NCBI GenBank assembly: GCA_963663475.2
Contig: CAXXJV010000001.1
Coordinates: 1,536,001 to 1,600,000, forward strand
DNA length: 64,000 bases
From: Candidatus Cloacimonadales bacterium
Lineage (GTDB): Bacteria; Cloacimonadota; Cloacimonadia; Cloacimonadales; JAFGVF01
Direction: 5' to 3'
The translations under genes and the position numbers were made by a program. The notes under the pieces are model-generated. The model did no database searches. It saw nothing but the letters and a program-made list of their open reading frames with translations, and was not told the origin of the DNA. This document shows, piece after piece, positions 9,974 to 19,077 of the stretch (the first letter of the stretch is position 1; each line of letters begins with the position of its first letter).

Positions 9974-10099
9974 CTATTTTGGATCAACAGGTATTTCAGA
10001 ATAACATGAATCTCCATCATTTTTCCACGTTTTGCAACCAGCACCGATATTGATCATTTGATCAAGTTCTATAATCTCAGGCTTTTCATAAGTTTCCAT
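9974..10099 (-). CDS. Putative RiPP precursor peptide, 41 aa: METYEKPEIIELDQMINIGAGCKTWKNDGDSCYSEIPVDPK
   Basis: AAGGAG RBS directly after the rSAM stop codon; ATG 10099, TAG 9974-9976; YxxPxI leader motif; Cys/Trp/Asp-rich core. Confidence 0.8.
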   Translation of the reverse strand: METYEKPEIIELDQMINIGAGCKTWKNDGDSCYSEIPVDPK

Positions 10100-10110
10100 T
10101 TTTTTCTCCT

Positions 10111-11406
10111 TTATATATTATTTTGATAACCCTCTTTATCAAATTCTGCTCCATTACAAAGAATTGTATTTATATATTCATCCATCTGGCTTTCCTCAAC
10201 TCGAATTATCCAAGCTGGGCAAATAGCGCAATGATATTTTTTATCACAATTATGACATTTAAAAGCTTGTTTTTTAACATTTTTATTTTTTAGTAATAAG
10301 TTAATTTTTTCCCCAATATCCATCCATGCCTTTTCTATAGAAATATTACTATTAGTCATGCTTATAGAAGGAATCCTCAACTGAACACATGGACTAATAT
10401 TTAATTCTGAATCAATAAAACAGGATGTAATTCCACCACCGCAAATCCAATCAATTTCCTTAAGTTGGGGTGGAATTGAATTTAACATTTTTTTTGAAAA
10501 TACTAAATTCTTCTCTCTATCTAGCGGTTCACTTGGTACTAGTTCTTTGATCCGATGAATTTCTTCAGGCAGTAAGTTCATAGATATCAAGTTTAAATCA
10601 GTTGGATCATTTGGTGGGCATATATTTGAACCATAATTGAACGGAATATTTAAATTAGCACTGATATCATAAATTTTTTTTATTATCTCTTTTGTTTCAG
10701 AATGTAACTGGGTTCGTGTTTGAATAGGGATATTGTTTTGTTTGAAAAATTTTATTGAATTCATTATCCGATTGAATGCTTCAGGCATCTTGGTAAAATA
10801 TTCATAAGATATATTATCATAACCATACAAAGAGATAGCAATCATTGATGGCTTTTTATCTATAAAACATTCTTTTAACTCTTCAGTTAAATGATACCCA
10901 TTTGTATATACTGTTATTTTAAATCCTAAAGAATAGGCATGTGAATATATTTCGCAAAAATCAGGGTGTAATGTTGCTTCTCCTCCAGTAAACAATAAAC
11001 TATAGCATCCAATCTTGGAAAGCTCCGTAATAAGCTCTTTAGTCCTTTCAGTATTAATGAAAGAAGATTGTTTTTTGTCTACATAACAATGCTTACACTT
11101 AAAATTACAGATATTTGTTAACTCAATGGTTGCATTTAGAATGTTCCTTTCTAATCTATTTTGGATAGTAATTTCATCAAAGATGTTATAATTTTGTTTT
11201 GCTAGACCATCAAAATTACCTTTTTCAAAGTTATTCAATAATTTTACAAATTCATCATAATCATGAATTAACATACTCTTTTCTATATTAAATATGGACA
11301 TTAACTTGCTTATACAGTCTTTTTTACTCAACCCAAGAGAATGGACTTGGAACATAATTATACTTGTTTTATTCAATTTCATAACTTTTTCATAGTTTTT
11401 ATACAC
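10111..11406 (-). CDS. Radical SAM/SPASM peptide maturase with N-terminal PqqD-like RRE (probable original start 11457, interrupted by TGA at 11431-11433)
   Basis: CNFKCKHC (CxxxCxxC), FTGGE, YTNG; SPASM CGGG...ISPC...CHNC...CAIC; RRE-like LNKTS...DYDEFVKLL. Confidence 0.9.
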   Translation of the reverse strand: MYKNYEKVMKLNKTSIIMFQVHSLGLSKKDCISKLMSIFNIEKSMLIHDYDEFVKLLNNFEKGNFDGLAKQNYNIFDEITIQNRLERNILNATIELTNICNFKCKHCYVDKKQSSFINTERTKELITELSKIGCYSLLFTGGEATLHPDFCEIYSHAYSLGFKITVYTNGYHLTEELKECFIDKKPSMIAISLYGYDNISYEYFTKMPEAFNRIMNSIKFFKQNNIPIQTRTQLHSETKEIIKKIYDISANLNIPFNYGSNICPPNDPTDLNLISMNLLPEEIHRIKELVPSEPLDREKNLVFSKKMLNSIPPQLKEIDWICGGGITSCFIDSELNISPCVQLRIPSISMTNSNISIEKAWMDIGEKINLLLKNKNVKKQAFKCHNCDKKYHCAICPAWIIRVEESQMDEYINTILCNGAEFDKEGYQNNI

Positions 11407-11518
11407 TAAAAATAACTCAACACCTATTTTTCATAATTTTAAATTTATGTATTGCATCAAAACTCCATTTTTTTTATTATGTTTCACTTATTTTCTTTTA
11501 GTTTATTAATGAGTTCTA

Positions 11519-11719
11519 TCAATTTTCTAAGTAATAGATTACACCATTAACCTCTATTAAAACAATATTTTCATTATTATCCTCATAAATAATGTGATAC
11601 TCCACATGCTCCAAATTAGATAAGATCATTTTATCAATTTGTACAAAATTAACTTGACTATAATTACATACAAAAAAAATAAATACACTAAGTAATAGAA
11701 AAAAAATAATCTTATTCAT
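11519..11719 (-). CDS. Small secreted/membrane protein (SQVN family, paralog at 36388-36525)
   Basis: Signal-like hydrophobic N-terminus followed by SQVN; GAGGA RBS. Confidence 0.65.
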   Translation of the reverse strand: MNKIIFFLLLSVFIFFVCNYSQVNFVQIDKMILSNLEHVEYHIIYEDNNENIVLIEVNGVIYYLEN

Positions 11720-11813
11720 GAAGTTCCTCTGTAATAATAAATGAGGAAAATTAAAAAGTCCCGCAAAGATATGTTATACTACTGTATAATAATAAATTAT
11801 AAAGGTATAGATA

Positions 11814-12812
11814 ATGGAAAGATATTATGATAGGGTGTATACAACCGCTAAAAAAGTAGCCTTTTTATATATAAAAAATGCAGATGATGTTGAAGATATT
11901 ATTCAGTTGACTCTTATGCAATTTTATTTAAACAAAGATAAAATTACTGAAGAAAAAATTTATAACTGGGTATTTACAGTTACTAAAAACTTCTGTATGC
12001 AGTATTTTCGTTCAAGGAAAAAAGAAGATGAGTTAAAAAAATCTTATATAATTGAGGCAAGTAGTAATTTATCCCATGATGATAATCAGGATAAAAAAAA
12101 TGAAGAAAATTTAATCATAATAGATATTGATCAGTATGGATTTATTAATAACAAAGATAAAGTTATTTTAAAAGATTATATTGATAAACATAATAGTATT
12201 TCTAAGCTAAGTAAAAGCTATAAAGTGAAAAAAAAGACTCTACAGAATAAGATAAACCTTTTATTGAAAGAGATTAAACTCTATCATATTATTCAGTCGC
12301 AACCTCATGTATTTGATGCTTTGCCAGGCACTAAATTATCCAGAAATATTAATAATTTCCTTAAAACTATCACTAAGGCGATTGAGACAAATGAGATAGA
12401 TAAATTAAAACACTATCTCAGTGACTGTAAAATAAACGATAGTATTGATAATTTATATGTTAAGGAAGTTTCTTCATACAGAATTCAAATTGTAGCATCA
12501 AATATTTATATGTTAATCGTAGGTTTTATAGATTTGGATGACCATGTTAAATTTTTTATGGCTCGATTTAAATTAATAAATAACTATACTTTGAAATTTA
12601 TTGAATTTCCCATCTTTCCTAAGAGAGTTGTTGCTCTTGATAAAAAATATGCAGAGGGGAAAGAAGGGTTAAAAGGACTTTCTGATGATAGAGGTGCTAG
12701 TAATATGAAGTTTGGAACTCCAGACACTATACTAGACAAAAGAATGGGTAAAGTTGTTCAAACAGAAAATGAATTTAAACCCAAAAATAAGGCAGTAGAT
12801 CTTTGTGAATAG
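11814..12812 (+). CDS. ECF-like sigma-70 factor with long C-terminal extension
   Basis: Region 2 pattern DVEDIIQ...WVFTVTKNFC; paralog at 36618. Confidence 0.75.
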   Translation: MERYYDRVYTTAKKVAFLYIKNADDVEDIIQLTLMQFYLNKDKITEEKIYNWVFTVTKNFCMQYFRSRKKEDELKKSYIIEASSNLSHDDNQDKKNEENLIIIDIDQYGFINNKDKVILKDYIDKHNSISKLSKSYKVKKKTLQNKINLLLKEIKLYHIIQSQPHVFDALPGTKLSRNINNFLKTITKAIETNEIDKLKHYLSDCKINDSIDNLYVKEVSSYRIQIVASNIYMLIVGFIDLDDHVKFFMARFKLINNYTLKFIEFPIFPKRVVALDKKYAEGKEGLKGLSDDRGASNMKFGTPDTILDKRMGKVVQTENEFKPKNKAVDLCE

Positions 12813-12943
12813 CAGAATATTCTTTTGCAATAGTAACTTACATAATTTTCATGAATTTATATATATTATATGGGTCAAAATTTTGTAAGCTATTTTGCCA
12901 GAATAATCTGCACTCTTCATCAAAGTTTACTGAACCATTTGGT
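12779..12943. repeat. GTAG-REP doublet overlapping the 3' end of the sigma gene
   Basis: GCAGTAGATCTTTGTGAATAGC...CTCTTCATCAAAGTTTACTG, with the same spacer as the other copies. Confidence 0.8.
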
Positions 12944-12950
12944 TAAAATG

Positions 12951-12984
12951 AAAAAAGGGTTATGAATTTAATCATAACCCTAAA
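12951..12984. terminator. Terminator between convergent sigma and OTCase genes
   Basis: AAAAAAGGGTTATGA-loop-TCATAACCCT. Confidence 0.7.
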
Positions 12985-13005
12985 TAGATTTTACGTTTCT
13001 ATTGA

Positions 13006-14007
13006 TTAGTCACCTAAAGTAGCAACCATAACAGCTTTAATAGTGTGCATTCTGTTTTCAGCTTCATCAAAGACAACTGAATTTTCAGATTCAAAAACTT
13101 CATTAGAAACTTCTTGAGAATCGATACCATACTTTTCAAATACTTCTTTACCAACAGTAGTATTTAAGTCATGGAAAGCAGGTAAACAGTGCATGAAGAT
13201 AGTTTCTTTTTTACCAGTCATATCCATCATAGCTTTATTAACTTGGAAAGGTTTAAGAAGGTTAATTCTTTGTTCCCAAACTTCAGCAGCTTCTCCCATT
13301 GAAACCCAAACATCAGTGTAAATAGCATCAGCGTCTTTAACACCAGCAGGGATATCTTCAGTAAGAGTAATTTTTGCACCAGTTTCTTTAGCTATTTCAT
13401 TACATTTAGCAACTAATTCATCAGTTGGGAAAAGTGATTTAGGAGCAACAATTCTGAAATCCATACCCATTTTAGCAGCACCAATCATGAGTGAATTACC
13501 CATATTATTTCTACCATCACCAACATAAGTGAAAACAACTTCATTAAGAGGTTTTTTGATATGTTCTTGGATAGTAAGTAAGTCAGCAAGAATTTGAGTT
13601 GGATGATATTCAGTAGTAAGACCATTCCAAACAGGAACGCCAGCATACTCAGCTAATTCTTCAACAACTGATTGGCCAAAACCTCTGTATTCGATGCCAT
13701 CATACATTCTTCCTAAAACACGAGCTGTGTCAGCCATAGATTCTTTATGACCAATTTGAGAACCTGAAGGTCCTAAATATGTTACATGAGCACCTTGATC
13801 ATAAGCTGCAACTTCAAAAGCACAACGGGTTCTGGTTGAAGATTTCTCAAAGATAAGAGCAATGTTTTTACCTTTAAGTCTAGCTTGTTCTGTTCCAGTA
13901 TATTTAGCTCTCTTTAAATCTCTTGCTAAGTCTAACAAATAATTGATTTCTTTTGGAGTGAAATCAAGTAATGTGAGGAAATTTCTGTTTCTTAAATTAA
14001 AAGCCAT
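13006..14007 (-). CDS. argF: Ornithine carbamoyltransferase (likely catabolic ArcB-type)
   Basis: STRTR, HPTQ and HCLP motifs; start [11 protein letters not shown] with AAGGAG RBS. Confidence 0.95.
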   Translation of the reverse strand: MAFNLRNRNFLTLLDFTPKEINYLLDLARDLKRAKYTGTEQARLKGKNIALIFEKSSTRTRCAFEVAAYDQGAHVTYLGPSGSQIGHKESMADTARVLGRMYDGIEYRGFGQSVVEELAEYAGVPVWNGLTTEYHPTQILADLLTIQEHIKKPLNEVVFTYVGDGRNNMGNSLMIGAAKMGMDFRIVAPKSLFPTDELVAKCNEIAKETGAKITLTEDIPAGVKDADAIYTDVWVSMGEAAEVWEQRINLLKPFQVNKAMMDMTGKKETIFMHCLPAFHDLNTTVGKEVFEKYGIDSQEVSNEVFESENSVVFDEAENRMHTIKAVMVATLGD

Positions 14008-14602
14008 AATTAACTCCTTAATATATATTTTTCTAATTACCAAAAAATAGTAAGTAAATTTTATAGCAAGGAAATTTTTTGAGAAAGCTGAGAATTAGTA
14101 ATTAAGGGAACAAGATTAGTCATTATGAAGTTAATAAAAGTAACATATGACTTAGAAAGATAAAAGAACAAGTTGTAAATATACCCTGCAGTTTTTTTTA
14201 AAAATATTTTCAAAAAGTGGGACAAATTTGAAAAAGTGGACACTAGATATAAGTGAAGGGAAATTTCAATCGACAAATAGCAACCGACACCAAGAATGAC
14301 TGCTCAAATTAATCAATTGTTATTTAATACTTTAGATTTTAAAAGAGCTCAAATAGTGCACACTTATCATTAACTATCATATTAATTTCAACTTGACCCA
14401 AGAGAGCGCAATTTCTCGTATCCTGAAAGGTTTTAAAGAGGCTCAAGTTCAAGTCTGGTGGAAGAAAATAAGTAAATAATAAAATGTTTACGTAGTTTAT
14501 ATCCCTGAAAGGGATTAGTAATTTAGCCTGGGGTAAGCTACTCTCAGGAGCGTCACCCCAGGTCCAATATCCAAAACTAATACCAGAACCCTGTAAGGGT
14601 TT

Positions 14603-16265
14603 CAGGCTGTTGACAAACCTATTGTAATTAATAATATGATTTAATATAATACATAAAAAGTTGAATAATTAGCAATAAATATCTTGACATAATATACCCA
14701 TAATACTTTATTGTACAAGAGGTAAGATATGATTGAAAAAATAAATAGACAGACAGAAATTGAGATGGTAACCATCGAACAATTAGTAAAAGAAGACCAT
14801 CCTATAAGAAAAATTGACAAATATATAAATTTTGATTTTATATATGATAAAGTAAAACATTTGTATTGTTTGGATAACGGACGTCCAGGTATTGACCCTG
14901 TAAGATTCTTTAAAATGCTACTAATCGGATATTTATATGGGATTAAGTCAGAAAGAAAATTAGTTCTTGAAATAGAACATAGTACAGCCTTTAGGTGGTT
15001 TTTAGGTTATAAACTATTAGATAAGATACCTCACCATTCAGTTTTTAGCAAAAATCGACAAAGACGATTCAAGGATAGTTCAATATTTCAAGAAATTTTT
15101 GAAGATTTAGTCTTCATGGCACTGAAGTCTGATATGCTTGATGGCAAAGTATTATATACAGACTCTACACATACTAAAGCCAATGCAAATAACAAGAATT
15201 TCAGAAAAATAGAGGTTACCAAAACTCCCCAAGAATATGTTGGAGAATTAAATAAAGCAGTAAATGAAGATAGAGTAGCTCATGATAAGAAACCTTTCCC
15301 TGAAGCCGAGATTAAAGAAGAAACCAAGACAATAAAGCAAAGTACGACAGATCCAGATAGTGGAGAAATGAATCGTGAACGCAAGCCACGGGGTTTTTAT
15401 TATTTAGATCACAGAACAACAGATTCTCTCTTTAATATAATTACAGATGTTCATATAACTCCGGCTAATGTAAGTGATAGTACATGCTATATAGACAGGT
15501 TAAAATATCAGATTAACAGGTTTGGTTTTGATGTTGAAGCTGTGGGTTTAGATGCTGGTTATAATACAACATATATTTGTAAGGAACTATATGATTTAGG
15601 CATATTTGCAACAATGGGAAGAAGAAAAGCAGGAGGGAAAAAGCACTTTTTTAAGAAGAATAAGTTTAAATATGATAAAGATAAAGATATATGGATATGT
15701 CCTAATAATTGTATCTTAAAGTATTATACAACCACGAGAACAGGTTCAAAAGAGTATAAATCGTCAAAATCAGATTGTAAAAACTGTAAATATTTTGGGC
15801 AGTGTATAACTAATAAAAATGGAACTAAATCAATAAGAAATCATGTTTGGCAAAAATATAAAGATTGGGTTAAAGATAATACTAATAGTGAATATGGTAA
15901 GGAAATATATCGACGGCGAAAAGAAACTATAGAACGGAGTTTCGCTAATAGCAAAGAATTACACGGTTATCGATATGCTAAATTTAGGGGAATTGAGAAA
16001 ATGAAATTCCAAGCTTACATGACCGCTATAGCTCAAAATATCAAAAAAATGGCCAATATCCTCAGCAGACGTGGAGGTGGTGGAACCAATCCATTATCAA
16101 AATTTATTTTTTCACAAATGAAGTATTATATTTACATTCTGAAGTTCCAAATCAGTAAAATTAACATAAAAAAAGGCAAAACATAAATGACTCTTCAGAT
16201 TTATTTAAATTGCTAAAAACAGCGTAAATTTCTATTTAAAAAAGAGGGGGTTTGTCTACTACCTG
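14603..16265 (+). mobile_element. IS1182-family insertion sequence (1663 bp)
   Basis: IRL CAGGCTGTTGACAAACC and IRR GGTTTGTCTACTACCTG (14/17 match); flanking 17-bp direct repeat GAACCCTGTAAGGGTTT at 14586-14602 and 16266-16282. Confidence 0.92.
14729..16186 (+). CDS. IS1182-family DDE transposase
   Basis: EDHPIRKID, GRPGIDP, TDSTHTKANAN, STTDPD, LDAGY, RRKETIERSFA motifs. Confidence 0.95.
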   Translation: MIEKINRQTEIEMVTIEQLVKEDHPIRKIDKYINFDFIYDKVKHLYCLDNGRPGIDPVRFFKMLLIGYLYGIKSERKLVLEIEHSTAFRWFLGYKLLDKIPHHSVFSKNRQRRFKDSSIFQEIFEDLVFMALKSDMLDGKVLYTDSTHTKANANNKNFRKIEVTKTPQEYVGELNKAVNEDRVAHDKKPFPEAEIKEETKTIKQSTTDPDSGEMNRERKPRGFYYLDHRTTDSLFNIITDVHITPANVSDSTCYIDRLKYQINRFGFDVEAVGLDAGYNTTYICKELYDLGIFATMGRRKAGGKKHFFKKNKFKYDKDKDIWICPNNCILKYYTTTRTGSKEYKSSKSDCKNCKYFGQCITNKNGTKSIRNHVWQKYKDWVKDNTNSEYGKEIYRRRKETIERSFANSKELHGYRYAKFRGIEKMKFQAYMTAIAQNIKKMANILSRRGGGGTNPLSKFIFSQMKYYIYILKFQISKINIKKGKT

Positions 16266-16810
16266 GAACCCTGTAAGGGTTTAATATAATGCCAACAAGG
16301 TAATATAATAAGTCTTTGATATACATGTGTTTTTATTAAACCCTTACAGGGTTACACTTTTTATATGCATCATAACCCAGGGTTGCGATACTTTCAGCAT
16401 CTTACCCTGGGCTAAACTATTTATCCCCTTTAGGGATATAAGACCTATCCCTTCAGGATTATGTCTTATTCAACTAAAAACTACTATCAACAGTACATTC
16501 TAATCCGTAAATTAGTGTAATACAATATCTAGTGCAAAATAATGCTAAATATTTTCCACCAGACTTGAACTTGAGCCTTTAAAAAGATAATCTCTCGAAA
16601 AAATATCAAAAAATGTCAAGAAAACATGAAATGTCCAATATTATCGACTTCTTTGAGGATAAGCTATTGGGGAGAGTGACTTGATGGTTGAACAGTCTCC
16701 AAGAAAAGCAGATAATCTTGAAATATATGTTGACAAATATAAAACAAAAAATATGGTGTATAATAACTAAAACAAAAAAAGAAGTTTTAACTAAATTAGG
16801 GGGATTGATT

Positions 16811-17203
16811 GTGGCAGATTTTGAAGTAGAGATGTTTATAGCATCTGGTCTTGGTGCTTTTTTTTCTATTTTTTTCTTATATAATTATGCAAGAGTTAGA
16901 AAAATTACTACAGATTTGAAGAAATATAAAAAAATAATTATATCGTCTAAGGGGATTGGTATAAGGGAAATTGCCGAGAAAATATTGAACTACAATGTGG
17001 CAATGAAACTGAGTATAGAAGGGGATAAGTTGATTTTTCAAGATAAACTATCTTTATCATCCTTATCGTGGGGCAAAATGTATATTATTACTGCCGAAGA
17101 GAGCAATATCAATCTATATTATAGAAATACCTTAGGTTTTTATAATGTTTATAAATTTGAGACACGTGAGATGGAGAATATCATTAAAATAATTGTGTCA
17201 TAA
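16811..17203 (+). CDS. Hypothetical membrane-anchored protein
   Basis: GTG start with G-rich RBS; single N-terminal TM; TTGACA-N16-TATGGT at 16730-16757. Confidence 0.55.
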   Translation: MADFEVEMFIASGLGAFFSIFFLYNYARVRKITTDLKKYKKIIISSKGIGIREIAEKILNYNVAMKLSIEGDKLIFQDKLSLSSLSWGKMYIITAEESNINLYYRNTLGFYNVYKFETREMENIIKIIVS

Positions 17204-17247
17204 TTCATGTTACTCTAATTTACTCAACTAATAGTTTTGCTAATTAA

Positions 17248-19011
17248 TTAATTTAGGAAATTCCAAGACATCAAGACAGTGATAGATTGAGGAATAGTCC
17301 TATATCCAGCAATAACTTGTTCATCAAGAATATTCTTCCAATAAAGATTAATTTCAAAAAGTTTAGTAATTTGGAAACCAAAATATAAATCTAAGAGAGA
17401 GGATTCTGGGTGGAGAAGTTCAAGTTCTTGGTCAAACACTAAATAAGAATCAAAGAAGTGGTAGGCAGCTCCAACTTTAATATAGTTATTGTGGTTCACA
17501 TCCCTAGCAATTTCAAATGAGTTAGTTAGATTTGCTTTTGGTAGATAGTGAATATTTTCATTAGTATAGTCTTGATAAAAGCTCATTTGTGATGTTAAAT
17601 TAAAGGCATATTTTCCATAAGATTGGGTAAATTGGCCTTGAAACTGAGTTATGAGAGCTTGAAAATCTTGTTTATAAACAGTATTTAAGAGTTTAGTTTC
17701 AATTATCGAGTTTCCCAGAGTTAAAGCTAGACTAAGAGATTTTGATGTATACTTTAAAGATAATCCACTATTATTCTTTTCATTAAGATAGTAGATTGGC
17801 AGACTTAACTCTTGGCCTGTATCAGGGTCAATACCAGGGGAATAACCCTTAATAAGGTAGTTTTTCTGGATACTTTCTTTAAAGTTAGTAAAAGCAGTTA
17901 AAGACATATTTTCTTGAAAATTATAGTTAATGTCAGAATTAGTGATTAGCTGATAAGGATGAGTAAGTATAAGTCTATTAGTAAGATTAAACTTGTCATA
18001 ATTAGATTTTAGGGAAAGGTCTAGTAAATGGTCAATATCAGAAGAAAGGGAGTTTATTTCTTGACTATAGAAGTCTGTTTTGCCTAGAAAAGCTTCATAG
18101 TTAAAGTTTGCTTGCCAGTAATCAAAGTTTAAATCTTTACTCAGGAGAATTTGCAATTTATTTCTTTCTAAAGTCTTATCAGAAATTCCTTTATAAGTTT
18201 CAGAAAGATACTTAAGACCGAAATTGACTATATTATTTTTATAAAGGGCAGAGAGGCTTTGGCTATTATCTTCAAAGATAGAAGTTTTTAGCATAAAGGC
18301 AGGGGATAGTCGATGAAAAGGACCTTCATAAGCAATAGAATTGAAAGCAATATCTAAGCTAGAGTTAGAAAAAGGAATAAGAATATTAGCAGAGGAATTG
18401 GAAGCTAGCTCAGGTCCGTAAAAGAAGTCTCCTTTAGCAAAATTCATTCTGAAGTCTAAATTAAATCTATCCAAGAATTTATTCTTTTTGAGGGCAAAAT
18501 AACCAGTTCCCAAATCATAATCTCCAGTTGATGCCACAACTTCAATTGCTGTAACAGGTAGTTGATAATAGTCCTTAGTTAAATCAATAAAATAATCATC
18601 TTGAGATTCTTGATAGAACCTATTATAATTTTGCAATTTTAGGTAACTTGGATAGAGGGAATTAAGTTCGGTAAAGTTATCTCTTCTAATATGATAATTA
18701 TCACTAACTAAACCGAAGAGATGTCCTTGAATAGACCAATATAATCCTTTATTCTCATCAGCAATAAAGTTCCTTCTGCTTTCAGTCTTGTAGTCTTCTA
18801 CCTTAGAAAAAAGATCTAAATAATCAGATCTATCAAGTTTTTTATCTACATTTGCTAGAGAGTCAATAACTGCCTGGAGGCCAAGAGTATCACTGGCTAC
18901 TTCTTGTCCACTTAAAGAATCATTATCTGTTGGTAAAGCAAGATCTTGAGACCAGGCAAGATTTAGGACAAAGATAAGAATGATAATAAGAAGATATATT
19001 TTAAACTTCAT
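17248..19011 (-). CDS. Putative porin / outer-membrane beta-barrel
   Basis: Signal peptide, amphipathic strands, C-terminal WKNIL...MSWNFLN. Confidence 0.7.
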   Translation of the reverse strand: MKFKIYLLIIILIFVLNLAWSQDLALPTDNDSLSGQEVASDTLGLQAVIDSLANVDKKLDRSDYLDLFSKVEDYKTESRRNFIADENKGLYWSIQGHLFGLVSDNYHIRRDNFTELNSLYPSYLKLQNYNRFYQESQDDYFIDLTKDYYQLPVTAIEVVASTGDYDLGTGYFALKKNKFLDRFNLDFRMNFAKGDFFYGPELASNSSANILIPFSNSSLDIAFNSIAYEGPFHRLSPAFMLKTSIFEDNSQSLSALYKNNIVNFGLKYLSETYKGISDKTLERNKLQILLSKDLNFDYWQANFNYEAFLGKTDFYSQEINSLSSDIDHLLDLSLKSNYDKFNLTNRLILTHPYQLITNSDINYNFQENMSLTAFTNFKESIQKNYLIKGYSPGIDPDTGQELSLPIYYLNEKNNSGLSLKYTSKSLSLALTLGNSIIETKLLNTVYKQDFQALITQFQGQFTQSYGKYAFNLTSQMSFYQDYTNENIHYLPKANLTNSFEIARDVNHNNYIKVGAAYHFFDSYLVFDQELELLHPESSLLDLYFGFQITKLFEINLYWKNILDEQVIAGYRTIPQSITVLMSWNFLN

Positions 19012-19077
19012 AAAAGAAATCCTTTTATATTAATTTGTTCAATAAAATATAAAAGGATAAATCTAACAAGAAAAAAA

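Larger units (their letters stand above)
14439..16578. mobile_element. MITE-like outer element bounded by 25-bp perfect inverted repeats, containing CCCTGWAAGGG palindromes and the IS1182 insertion
   Basis: AGGCTCAAGTTCAAGTCTGGTGGAA (14439-14463) and its reverse complement (16554-16578); a diverged end copy at 43038-43061. Confidence 0.6.

Noticed and set aside
9974-10099. Lasso peptide assignment from the YxxP leader
   Set aside because: No lasso cyclase or B2 protease in the locus and no Thr at the -2 position; the adjacent enzyme is an rSAM.
1429-12943. tRNA-anchored genomic island or prophage
   Set aside because: No integrase, phage genes or duplicated tRNA 3' end (att site) seen.
14061-14276. 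71-aa ORF and possible ArgR boxes upstream of the OTCase gene
   Set aside because: Low-complexity AT-rich ORF without RBS; operator-like matches too weak to support.
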